A stretch of 18,360 bases of DNA from Candidatus Methylomirabilales bacterium (GTDB taxonomy: Bacteria; Methylomirabilota; Methylomirabilia; Methylomirabilales; CSP1-5). Positions within the stretch are counted from its first letter, which is position 1. Every line of letters starts with the position of its first letter. The notes under the pieces are model-generated. The model was not told the DNA's origin and made no database searches. It was given only the letters and a program-made list of their open reading frames with translations. Positions 1 through 6,722 of the stretch are shown here, one piece after another. The stretch is from the NCBI GenBank assembly GCA_046758505.1, contig JBHIAH010000052.1, forward strand, positions 1-18,360, in the 5' to 3' direction. The position numbers and the translations under genes were made by a program.

Positions 1-2
1 GG

Positions 3-275
3 TTCCGGGGGCTGTACCGGGTGCTCCTGAACAAGTATTACGTTGATGAGCTGTATTGGGACTGGATCGTGGCTCCCCTCGAGCGAGGCGCGTTTTCGCT
101 GTGGCGGAGGTGCGATGTCAGGGTGGTGGATGGCGCCGTCAACGGAGTGGCCCGGTTGATGGAGGTCGGGAGCTGGGGACTTCGGCGGGTGCAGACCGGG
201 CTGGTCGTGAACTACGTCCTCTCCATCCTGGCCGGGGTCGTCCTCCTCCTGGGTTATCTGGTGCTGAAGGGGTAG
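3..275 (+). CDS. nuoL: NADH-quinone oxidoreductase subunit L, 3' end only (5'-truncated by window)
   Basis: Open frame from window edge: FRGLYRVLLNKYYVDELY...DVRVVDGAVNGVA...LRRVQTGLVVNY, the typical NuoL C-terminal motifs (NKYYVDELY, VDGxVNG, QTG). Directly upstream of nuoM. Confidence 0.93.
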   Translation, partial: FRGLYRVLLNKYYVDELYWDWIVAPLERGAFSLWRRCDVRVVDGAVNGVARLMEVGSWGLRRVQTGLVVNYVLSILAGVVLLLGYLVLKG

Positions 276-278
276 GGG

Positions 279-1895
279 ATGCCACTGCTGAGCCTGATTA
301 CTTTTCTCCCTGCGGCCGGGGCCCTCGGTCTTTTGGTGATTCCCCGGCGGCGCCAGGACCTGATCCGGGGGGCGGCCCTCGGGATTTCGCTGCTCACCTT
401 TCTCCTCTCCCTCGCCCTGTATGCCGGATTTCGACCGGGGGTCGGTGAGATGCAGTTCGTCGAGGAGGCCGCCTGGATTCCGAGCCTGGGGATCCGGTAC
501 AAGCTTGGGATCGACGGGATCAGCCTCTTTCTGGTCCTGCTGACCACGTTCCTCACCCCCATCGCCATCCTCGCCTCTTCCGGGGCACTGCGCCGGATAA
601 AGGAGTATATGCTGGCGATGCTCCTGCTGGAGACGGGGATGGTAGGGGTCTTCGTCGCCCTGGACCTGGTCCTCTTCTATGTCTTTTGGGAGGCGACGCT
701 GCTTCCCATGTACTTTATCATCGGGATCTGGGGAGGCCCCCGACGGATCTATGCCACCATGAAGTTTGTCCTCTATACGATGGCCGGGTCACTCCTGATG
801 CTGGTGGCGATTATTGGCGTGGCCTTGCTCCATGTTCGGGGGGGAGGGGACCCCACCTTCGACCTCACGGTCCTGATGAATGCCGACATTCCCCCCGCAT
901 TCCAAACCTGGCTCTTCCTCGCCTTTGCCCTCGCCTTCGCCATCAAGGTTCCGCTCTTTCCCTTTCATACCTGGCTGCCGGACGCCCACGTGGAAGCCCC
1001 CACGGCAGGGAGCGTCCTGTTGGCCGGCGTGCTTCTGAAAATGGGGGCCTACGGGTTTCTCCGCTTTGCCCTCCCCCTGTTCCCCATCGCCACGGTGACC
1101 TTCCTCCCCTGGATCTCGGGGCTCGCCCTGGCGGGGATCATTTATGGGGCGTGGGTGGCGATGGTGCAACCCGACCTGAAGAGCCTGGTGGCCTACTCCA
1201 GCGTGAGCCATTTGGGCTTTGTGGTGCTGGGGATTTTTGCCTTGAACGGGGAGGGGATGGCCGGATCCGTCCTCCAGATGGTCAACCACGGTCTCTCCAC
1301 CGGGGCCCTCTTCCTCCTGGTCGGGATGATCTACGAGCGGCGCCACACCCGGATGATCGCCGACTTTGGCGGGCTCTTCCGGGCCATCCCCCTCTTCGGT
1401 GGGGTTTTCCTCCTCGTGGCTCTCTCTTCCATCGGCCTGCCGGGATTGAACGGGTTCGTGGGGGAGTTTCTGATCCTCCTGGGGACCTTCCGCGTGCATC
1501 CGGTATACGGCGTAGTCGCAGTGACTGGGGTTATTTGGGCCGCCTGGTATATGCTTGGCATGCTCCGGCGAGTCCTCTTCGGCCCCGTGATCCTCCGGGA
1601 GAACGCGAGCCTCTCTGATCTAACTTGGAACGAACGGGCTGTCCTAATCCCCATCCTCATTCTGATCGTGTGGATCGGGGTGTATCCTACCCCCTTCCTC
1701 CACCGGATCGAGGCGTCGGTCGATCGCGTCATCGCCCAGGTGGAGCACCAACAGATGGTTCATGGTTCAAAGTTCATGGTTCATAGCACAAACTTGAATT
1801 CAGGGTCGTCCATGAACCCCGAACCATCAACCATGAACCCCCGCGTATCGTCCATGAACTATGAACCATTAACCGTGAACCGGAGGCAGAGGTGA
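279..1895 (+). CDS. nuoM: NADH-quinone oxidoreductase subunit M, with a repeat-derived C-terminal extension of about 45 aa
   Basis: Hydrophobic antiporter-like subunit with GIDGISL, LFYVFWE, AFAIKVPLFPFHTWLPDAHVEAPT, AYSSVSH and LPGLNGFVGEF motifs. Stop overlaps the nuoN start (GTGA). Confidence 0.96.
   Translation: MPLLSLITFLPAAGALGLLVIPRRRQDLIRGAALGISLLTFLLSLALYAGFRPGVGEMQFVEEAAWIPSLGIRYKLGIDGISLFLVLLTTFLTPIAILASSGALRRIKEYMLAMLLLETGMVGVFVALDLVLFYVFWEATLLPMYFIIGIWGGPRRIYATMKFVLYTMAGSLLMLVAIIGVALLHVRGGGDPTFDLTVLMNADIPPAFQTWLFLAFALAFAIKVPLFPFHTWLPDAHVEAPTAGSVLLAGVLLKMGAYGFLRFALPLFPIATVTFLPWISGLALAGIIYGAWVAMVQPDLKSLVAYSSVSHLGFVVLGIFALNGEGMAGSVLQMVNHGLSTGALFLLVGMIYERRHTRMIADFGGLFRAIPLFGGVFLLVALSSIGLPGLNGFVGEFLILLGTFRVHPVYGVVAVTGVIWAAWYMLGMLRRVLFGPVILRENASLSDLTWNERAVLIPILILIVWIGVYPTPFLHRIEASVDRVIAQVEHQQMVHGSKFMVHSTNLNSGSSMNPEPSTMNPRVSSMNYEPLTVNRRQR
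1755..1880. repeat. Inverted heptamer array (ATGGTTC x5 / CATGAAC x4 + x4) inside the nuoM 3' end
   Basis: atggttc atggttc aaagttc atggttc atagcac (1755-1789); catgaac cccgaac catcaac catgaac (1811-1838); catgaac tatgaac cattaac cgtgaac (1853-1880). The arms are reverse complements of one heptamer. Confidence 0.92.
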
Positions 1896-3349
1896 ACGTG
1901 AGCATCCCACACCTCGAATGGGGAGCCGCGGCCCCCTTCCTCGTCCTCACCGTCACCGCCCTGGGGACCCTTGTGCTCGACCTGTTCCTTGCTCCCCGGC
2001 GGCGGCACTGGCTCACCTATCTGGGGATCACGGGATTGCTGCTCACGGCGGTGATGCTGGTCCGCGGGTTTGGTGGGGGAGAACGGGTGGTGGGGGGGAT
2101 GCTCATCCTGGACGACTTCTCCCGATTTTTCCATCTCGTGTTTCTCCTCATCGCCGCCCTCACCGTACTGATCTCGGTCGAGTACGTGGAGCAGGAGGGA
2201 ATTCCCCGGACGGAGTACTACGCGTTGATCCTCTTCGCGACGGTGGGAATGATGGTCATGGCCTCCGCCGCAGATCTCATCATGATCTTCTTGGGTCTCG
2301 AGGCCCTCTCGATCCCCCTCTACATCCTGGCTGGTTTCCTCCGGAGCCACCTGAGGTCCAACGAGTCTGCCCTCAAGTATCTTCTCCTGGGCGCTTTTGC
2401 CTCGGCTTTCCTCCTGTACGGTATCGCCTTCCTTTACGGAGCTGCGGGCAGCACGCGCTTGGAGAGGATCGCCGCCTACCTGCGACATGGGGGGGCCTGG
2501 GAAAATCCCCTCGTATTCCTGGGAATCGGGCTTCTGCTGGTGGGACTCGGCTTCAAGGTGGCCGCCGTCCCCTTCCACATGTGGCTTCCCGATGTGTATG
2601 AGGGGGCCCCGACCCCCGTCACCGCCTTCATGATTGCCGGGACGAAGGCGGCCGCCTTCTCCGCCCTCCTGCGGGCCTTCGGAAGTGCGTTGACCCCGCT
2701 GCGGCCTGAATGGGTGACCCCCCTGTGGGTGCTCGCCCTGCTGACCATGGTGGTGGGGAATGTGGCGGCCCTCACCCAGCAGAGCATCAAGCGGATGCTT
2801 GCCTACAGCTCCATCGCCCACGCCGGCTATCTGTTGGTGGCGCTCGTCGCCGCCACGAGCCGGGGCTTTTCCAGCGTCCTTTTTTACGTCGTCGTCTACG
2901 CGTTTATGAACCTCGGCGCCTTTGCCGTGGTCATCGCTTTGGCTCGGCGGGGGGAAGAGAGTCCAACCCTTGCCAGTTATGCCGGCTTGGGTTCTCGCCA
3001 TCCCGTGTTGGCGTTCAGCATGGCGGTGTTCATGTTTTCGCTGGCGGGTCTCCCTCCGACGGGGGGATTCATGGGGAAGTTTTATATCTTCAGTGCGGCG
3101 GTGGAAGCCGGTTACGTGGGCCTGGCGGTGATCGCCGTTGTCTGTAGCCTCATCTCCGTCTTCTTCTACCTGCGGGTTGTTGTGGTGATGTACATGGAGG
3201 AGCCACGGGAAGGATACGCGACTCCGGCACTCTCTCCTGCCATCCTGACCACCCTTGTCCTCGCGACGGTGGCCACGCTGCAGTTGGGGCTTCTGCCGGC
3301 AGGGGTGTGGGATCTAGCGGTTCGGTCGATCCGGGGATTTTTGGGGTAG
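1892..3349 (+). CDS. nuoN: NADH-quinone oxidoreductase subunit N
   Basis: EYYALILF, FLGLE, ESALKYLLLGAFASAFLLYG, FKVAAVPFHMWLPDVYEGAPTP, IKRMLAYSSIAHAGY and SLAGLPPTGGF motifs. GTG start coupled to the nuoM stop; GGAGG upstream. Confidence 0.96.
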   Translation: MNVSIPHLEWGAAAPFLVLTVTALGTLVLDLFLAPRRRHWLTYLGITGLLLTAVMLVRGFGGGERVVGGMLILDDFSRFFHLVFLLIAALTVLISVEYVEQEGIPRTEYYALILFATVGMMVMASAADLIMIFLGLEALSIPLYILAGFLRSHLRSNESALKYLLLGAFASAFLLYGIAFLYGAAGSTRLERIAAYLRHGGAWENPLVFLGIGLLLVGLGFKVAAVPFHMWLPDVYEGAPTPVTAFMIAGTKAAAFSALLRAFGSALTPLRPEWVTPLWVLALLTMVVGNVAALTQQSIKRMLAYSSIAHAGYLLVALVAATSRGFSSVLFYVVVYAFMNLGAFAVVIALARRGEESPTLASYAGLGSRHPVLAFSMAVFMFSLAGLPPTGGFMGKFYIFSAAVEAGYVGLAVIAVVCSLISVFFYLRVVVVMYMEEPREGYATPALSPAILTTLVLATVATLQLGLLPAGVWDLAVRSIRGFLG

Positions 3350-3355
3350 GGGTGT

Positions 3356-4018
3356 ATGAGGCACGAGAGATCGAAGCGGATGATCAGGCACCGGATCCCT
3401 GAAAAGGCCATCACCCGCCTCACGATTTACCTCCGGTGTCTGGAGGAAGTTCTGGCCGATGGGATGACCGCGGTCTCGTCCCAGCAATTGGCCGAGCGGT
3501 TTGGGTTGAATTCCGCCCAGGTCCGCAAGGACTTAGCGTACTTCGGCCAATTCGGGGTTCGGGGGCTCGGCTACTATACCGAAGAGCTCAAACAGAACCT
3601 GGAGCGGATTCTGGGGCTCACCCGGGAGTGGGAGGTAGCGCTGGTGGGCCTGGGAAACCTGGGCTCCGCCCTCCTGAACTACCGGGGCTTTCAGCGGCGG
3701 GGGTTTCGCATATCGGTGGTCTTCGAGAACGATCCCAACAAGGTGGGCCAGCGTATTGGCAGGATCCCGGTCTGCCGCGTCGAGAAGATCGTTCCCATCC
3801 TCAAGCGCCGGAGGATCAGGATGGCCGTCATCACCGTCCCCGCCGCCGCCGCCCAGGCGGTTGCCGATCAGTTGGTGGCTGCGGGAGTCAACGCCATCCT
3901 CAATTTCGCCCCCACCCAACTTTCCGTTCCCAAGGGGGTCAAGGTCCAGAACGTGGACCTCTCCGTCATGCTCAAGACCTTGAGCTTTTATACAATCCGG
4001 TCCACCCCTGACCGATGA
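3356..4018 (+). CDS. rex: Redox-sensing transcriptional repressor Rex (alternative start ATG 3380)
   Basis: IPEKAITRLTIYLRCL, SSQQLA, QVRKDLAYFGQFGVRGLGY winged helix; Rossmann GLGNLGSAL; AILNFAP. Confidence 0.96.
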   Translation: MRHERSKRMIRHRIPEKAITRLTIYLRCLEEVLADGMTAVSSQQLAERFGLNSAQVRKDLAYFGQFGVRGLGYYTEELKQNLERILGLTREWEVALVGLGNLGSALLNYRGFQRRGFRISVVFENDPNKVGQRIGRIPVCRVEKIVPILKRRRIRMAVITVPAAAAQAVADQLVAAGVNAILNFAPTQLSVPKGVKVQNVDLSVMLKTLSFYTIRSTPDR

Positions 4019-4111
4019 CGGCTCGACTGAGGGCTTCGAGTGAGCCTCAGCCGAACTCCTCGCCGAAGTTCGACGACTGACGGCCGATGACCGACCTCCG
4101 ACGAGCGATGA
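4008..4111 (+). repeat. Degenerate tandem heptamer array (about CYGAYSR) interrupted by a REP-like hairpin
   Basis: ctgaccg atgacgg (4008-4021) ... ctgacgg ccgatga ccgacct ccgacga gcgatga (4077-4111). The second unit contains the rex stop codon TGA (4016-4018). Confidence 0.7.
4023..4069. repeat. REP-like nested hairpin
   Basis: TCGACTGAG[GGCTTCGAGTGAGCCTCAGCCGAACTC]CTCGCCGAAGT. Inner stem TTCG..TGAG-C-CTCA..CGAA; TCGAC occurs at 4023-4027 and again at 4070-4074. Confidence 0.6.
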
Positions 4112-4114
4112 GAA

Positions 4115-4266
4115 CAGCCGTCAGCGATCAGCCCTGGCTCGATTTCGGATTGCCAATTTCGAATTTCGGATTGAAAGCCAACTCTATACTTAGAAAATCC
4201 GACATCCGCAATTCCAAATCCGAAATGTTGGAAGCGGACTGCTGATAGCGGACAGCTGACTGCTTA
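4115..4266. repeat. Nested inverted heptamer arrays A-B-loop-B'-A' between convergent rex and ubiD
   Basis: A: cagccgt cagcgat cagccct (4115-4135). B: gatttcg gattgcc aatttcg aatttcg gattgaa (4141-4175). B': aatccga catccgc aattcca aatccga aat (4196-4226). A': gcggact gctgata gcggaca gctgact gctta (4234-4266). Confidence 0.9.
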
Positions 4267-4276
4267 AGGTGGGTGT

Positions 4277-6109
4277 CTACAAGATGCGGTACAGACTCTT
4301 CCCCTTCCTGGCTAACGCATCCACCTTTTTGGTCACCTCGGGGTCCTCGAGAAGCGGCGGGGCATGATGGGGCTTCAGCCGCGCATCGATGATCAGGGAC
4401 TTCCGGCATCCCCAGTGCTTGTGCGCGATGAAGCTTCCGACCCCATGGACGTCATGGGACGGATTCGACCGGGTAAAGGTCACCCAGAGGAAGTTTCGCA
4501 GGTTCCGCGCGGTGAATTCGGCATCATCCACAAGGACGATGAGGGGGATGCCCTCGAGGTCACACCGCTCGTCGAGAAAGCTCGTGAACGCGTGCAGTTC
4601 CATTTCAGCCTTGTCGTAATCAGAGAATGGCGGTCCCTGGACGACGACAATACCGGGCATGGCGAGGGCACACGTGGAATACCCCTCCGGCAGCGCGAAA
4701 TTCTGCGGGATTGTTCTCGCCAGCTCCCGCTTCTTGTTGCCTGCCGCGGCAATGACGAGTTTGGATCCGGCATTCAGTCCTGATCCGGAGTAGTCGAGCG
4801 TATCGATGGTCGTCCGCGTCTGGAAGTGAAGGTCCCGCGTCCAGTCAACTCGCTCTAAGGCGTGCCCGAGGAACTGGTCGATGCGATGGACATCGAGGGT
4901 GGGGTTGTCTTCCCCCGCGACGATGAAAAGGTACTTCGCAAGGGAGCACTGGCCAAAACCGAGCAGGCCGTTCGCCATGGTCAGGATTTCCTGGGGAATC
5001 CGCTCGCCATACGGGACATACCGCTCGCTGCCGATCGCGAGGAGCAGGGGGTGGACACCGGCGGCGTCCACCGCGTGGATGGCTTTGACGCCCGGAAGCT
5101 CGACGGGAACCATTGGTTGTGTGATCTCGTGGATGAGCTCCCCGAAGGAGGTGTCCTCCTGGGGTGGTCGGCCGACAACCGTGAAGGGCCATATGGCGTC
5201 TTTGCGATGATAGACCTTCTGAACCTCGAGGACGGGAAAATCGTGCGTAAGGCTGTAATATCCCAGGTGATCACCGAAGGGTCCCTCCGGGAGCGTTTTC
5301 TTGGGATCGATGGTTCCGGTGATGCAGAAGTCCGCATCCGCCGAGATGACAAAGCCGTCCCGCCGGGAGTAACGAAAACGGCGGCTGCCGAGCATGCCGG
5401 CGAAGAGCAGCTCCGTGAGACCCTCGGGAAGAGGCATGACCGCGGCAAAGGTATGCGCCGGCGGTCCACCCACAAAAACGCTTGCCTTCAGCGATTCGCC
5501 CCGGCGAATGGCTGCGGCGTGGTGGACACCGATTCCGCGGTGCGTCTGGTAGTGGAGCCCGACCTCCTTCCCCACTTGGTACAGGTTCCCCGCAAGCTGC
5601 ACGCGGTACATGCCCAGGTTGGAGTGCATCACCCCCCCTTTGTCGGGGCGTTCGGTGTACACCTGGCCTAGCGTGATGAACGGACCCCCGTCGTCGGGCC
5701 AGTTCTGGATCTGGGGGAGCTGGTCGATGGTGGTGCTCTCCTCGAGGACTGGTCCGCCCGATACCCGTCGAGGCAGGGACTGCAGCCCTGTGAGGGGGAC
5801 GGTGGCAAGGCTGAACGGCGCACGCCAGACGTTCGATGGGTCGGCCTTGAGCCGGACGATTTTCTTCACCCGCTCAAGGCTGTCCCGGAAGATAAACCGG
5901 CAGCGCTCGATGGTCCCAAAGAGGTTACACACGGCGGGAAATCGGCAGCCCTTGACGTTCTCGAAGTAGACCGCCGGACCTTTCACCTCGTACACGCGTC
6001 GCTGGATCTCCGCCATCTCGAGGTAGGGATCAACCTCTTCGGTGACGCGGACGAGGTGACCGTGTCGCTCGAGATCAAGGAGGCATTCTCTCAGGCTTCT
6101 ATATCCCAT
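4277..6109 (-). CDS. ubiD: UbiD-family prFMN-dependent decarboxylase, long 610-aa type; possibly quinone (menaquinone) biosynthesis
   Basis: N-terminal YRSLRECLLDLE..EVDPYLEMAEI..GPAVYFENVKG, NLGMYRVQ, catalytic-region EGPFGDHLGYY, TVVGRPPQED, DTLDYS. Substrate cannot be determined from sequence. Confidence 0.92.
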   Translation of the reverse strand: MGYRSLRECLLDLERHGHLVRVTEEVDPYLEMAEIQRRVYEVKGPAVYFENVKGCRFPAVCNLFGTIERCRFIFRDSLERVKKIVRLKADPSNVWRAPFSLATVPLTGLQSLPRRVSGGPVLEESTTIDQLPQIQNWPDDGGPFITLGQVYTERPDKGGVMHSNLGMYRVQLAGNLYQVGKEVGLHYQTHRGIGVHHAAAIRRGESLKASVFVGGPPAHTFAAVMPLPEGLTELLFAGMLGSRRFRYSRRDGFVISADADFCITGTIDPKKTLPEGPFGDHLGYYSLTHDFPVLEVQKVYHRKDAIWPFTVVGRPPQEDTSFGELIHEITQPMVPVELPGVKAIHAVDAAGVHPLLLAIGSERYVPYGERIPQEILTMANGLLGFGQCSLAKYLFIVAGEDNPTLDVHRIDQFLGHALERVDWTRDLHFQTRTTIDTLDYSGSGLNAGSKLVIAAAGNKKRELARTIPQNFALPEGYSTCALAMPGIVVVQGPPFSDYDKAEMELHAFTSFLDERCDLEGIPLIVLVDDAEFTARNLRNFLWVTFTRSNPSHDVHGVGSFIAHKHWGCRKSLIIDARLKPHHAPPLLEDPEVTKKVDALARKGKSLYRIL

Positions 6110-6115
6110 CGGCCA

Positions 6116-6361
6116 TTACGGTCCGACCGTGTCCTCCGGCGACAGCTCCCCGACGTCTCCTTCCAAGATGATCTTTGCGGTGACCGGGACCTCCCTATCG
6201 ATGCTTCCACATTTCAGTGCTCCGACGGGTCGGCCGGCCCTGGTGACGTGGTCGGTAATTTCGACAATCGCGAGGATCGGATTCACGGGGACGGGGATCC
6301 CTTTCAGCCTCCCCTCCTGCTTGAGGGCCTGAAGGAGTTCCCGAAGGTCCGGGTAGGCCAT
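6116..6361 (-). pseudogene. Internally deleted and truncated ubiD-family remnant, still an open 81-codon frame
   Basis: MAYPDLRELLQAL..VNPILAIVEITDHVTRAG (UbiD N-terminus) joined to PVGALKCGSIDREVPVTAKIILEG (the central PV.LVKC..DLEVP..AEIVLEG motif), ending at GP. Strong RBS GGAGGG upstream. Confidence 0.82.
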
Positions 6362-6397
6362 TGATCCCTCCTTTCTCCCTGCTTCAGAGACACCTCG

Positions 6398-6426
6398 ATC
6401 GTCCCGGGATGGCTGGTAGGCGTCAA
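6398..6426 (-). promoter_or_regulatory. Candidate sigma-70 promoter for the ubiD remnant and ubiD
   Basis: Minus strand TTGACG (6426-6421), 17 nt, GACGAT (6403-6398). The -10 match is weak. Confidence 0.35.
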
Positions 6427-6663
6427 GTCACTATATCCGCGGATGTCGGGTGGAACAAGGCATTTTTCCGCTCTCCGCGCGCGCGGAGCGCCGGATCGCC
6501 GACATTCTACGCTTTGCGCATCCGGGCAATCGCAGACCATGCCGAAGGACGCCTCATTCAGCCCGCGGGCGCGGAGACGAAGACCAGGGAGTAGCGTCGT
6601 GATGGGATCGCTTCCGATTGTTGCATCAAGCCGATCGCGTGTATACTGCATCGGGAAATGTCC

Positions 6664-6692
6664 TTGACCCTTCCCCGGGTCGACCGTATACT
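6664..6692 (+). promoter_or_regulatory. Sigma-70 promoter for glnD (and probably aroE)
   Basis: TTGACC (6664-6669), 17 nt, TATACT (6687-6692); 30 nt upstream of GTG 6723, which has a GGAGAG RBS. Confidence 0.75.
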
Positions 6693-6722
6693 GAGCTAAA
6701 AATCGTCATTTATGGAGAGAGC

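Noticed and set aside
4008..4266. CRISPR array or tRNA
   Set aside because: No identical 23-47 bp repeats with unique spacers, no cas genes, and no cloverleaf or T-arm context.
4128..4409. 93-aa minus-strand ORF
   Set aside because: It overlaps the ubiD 3' end out of frame and otherwise just translates the heptamer arrays (QQSA, ISDLELRMSDF, NPKFEIGNPKS).
6361..6667. Small plus-strand ORFs in the ubiD-glnD gap
   Set aside because: No RBS, no recognisable motif, and they overlap promoter elements.
6618..6722. Longer GlnD N-terminus from TTG 6618
   Set aside because: It would span a near-consensus sigma-70 promoter; GTG 6723 has an RBS.
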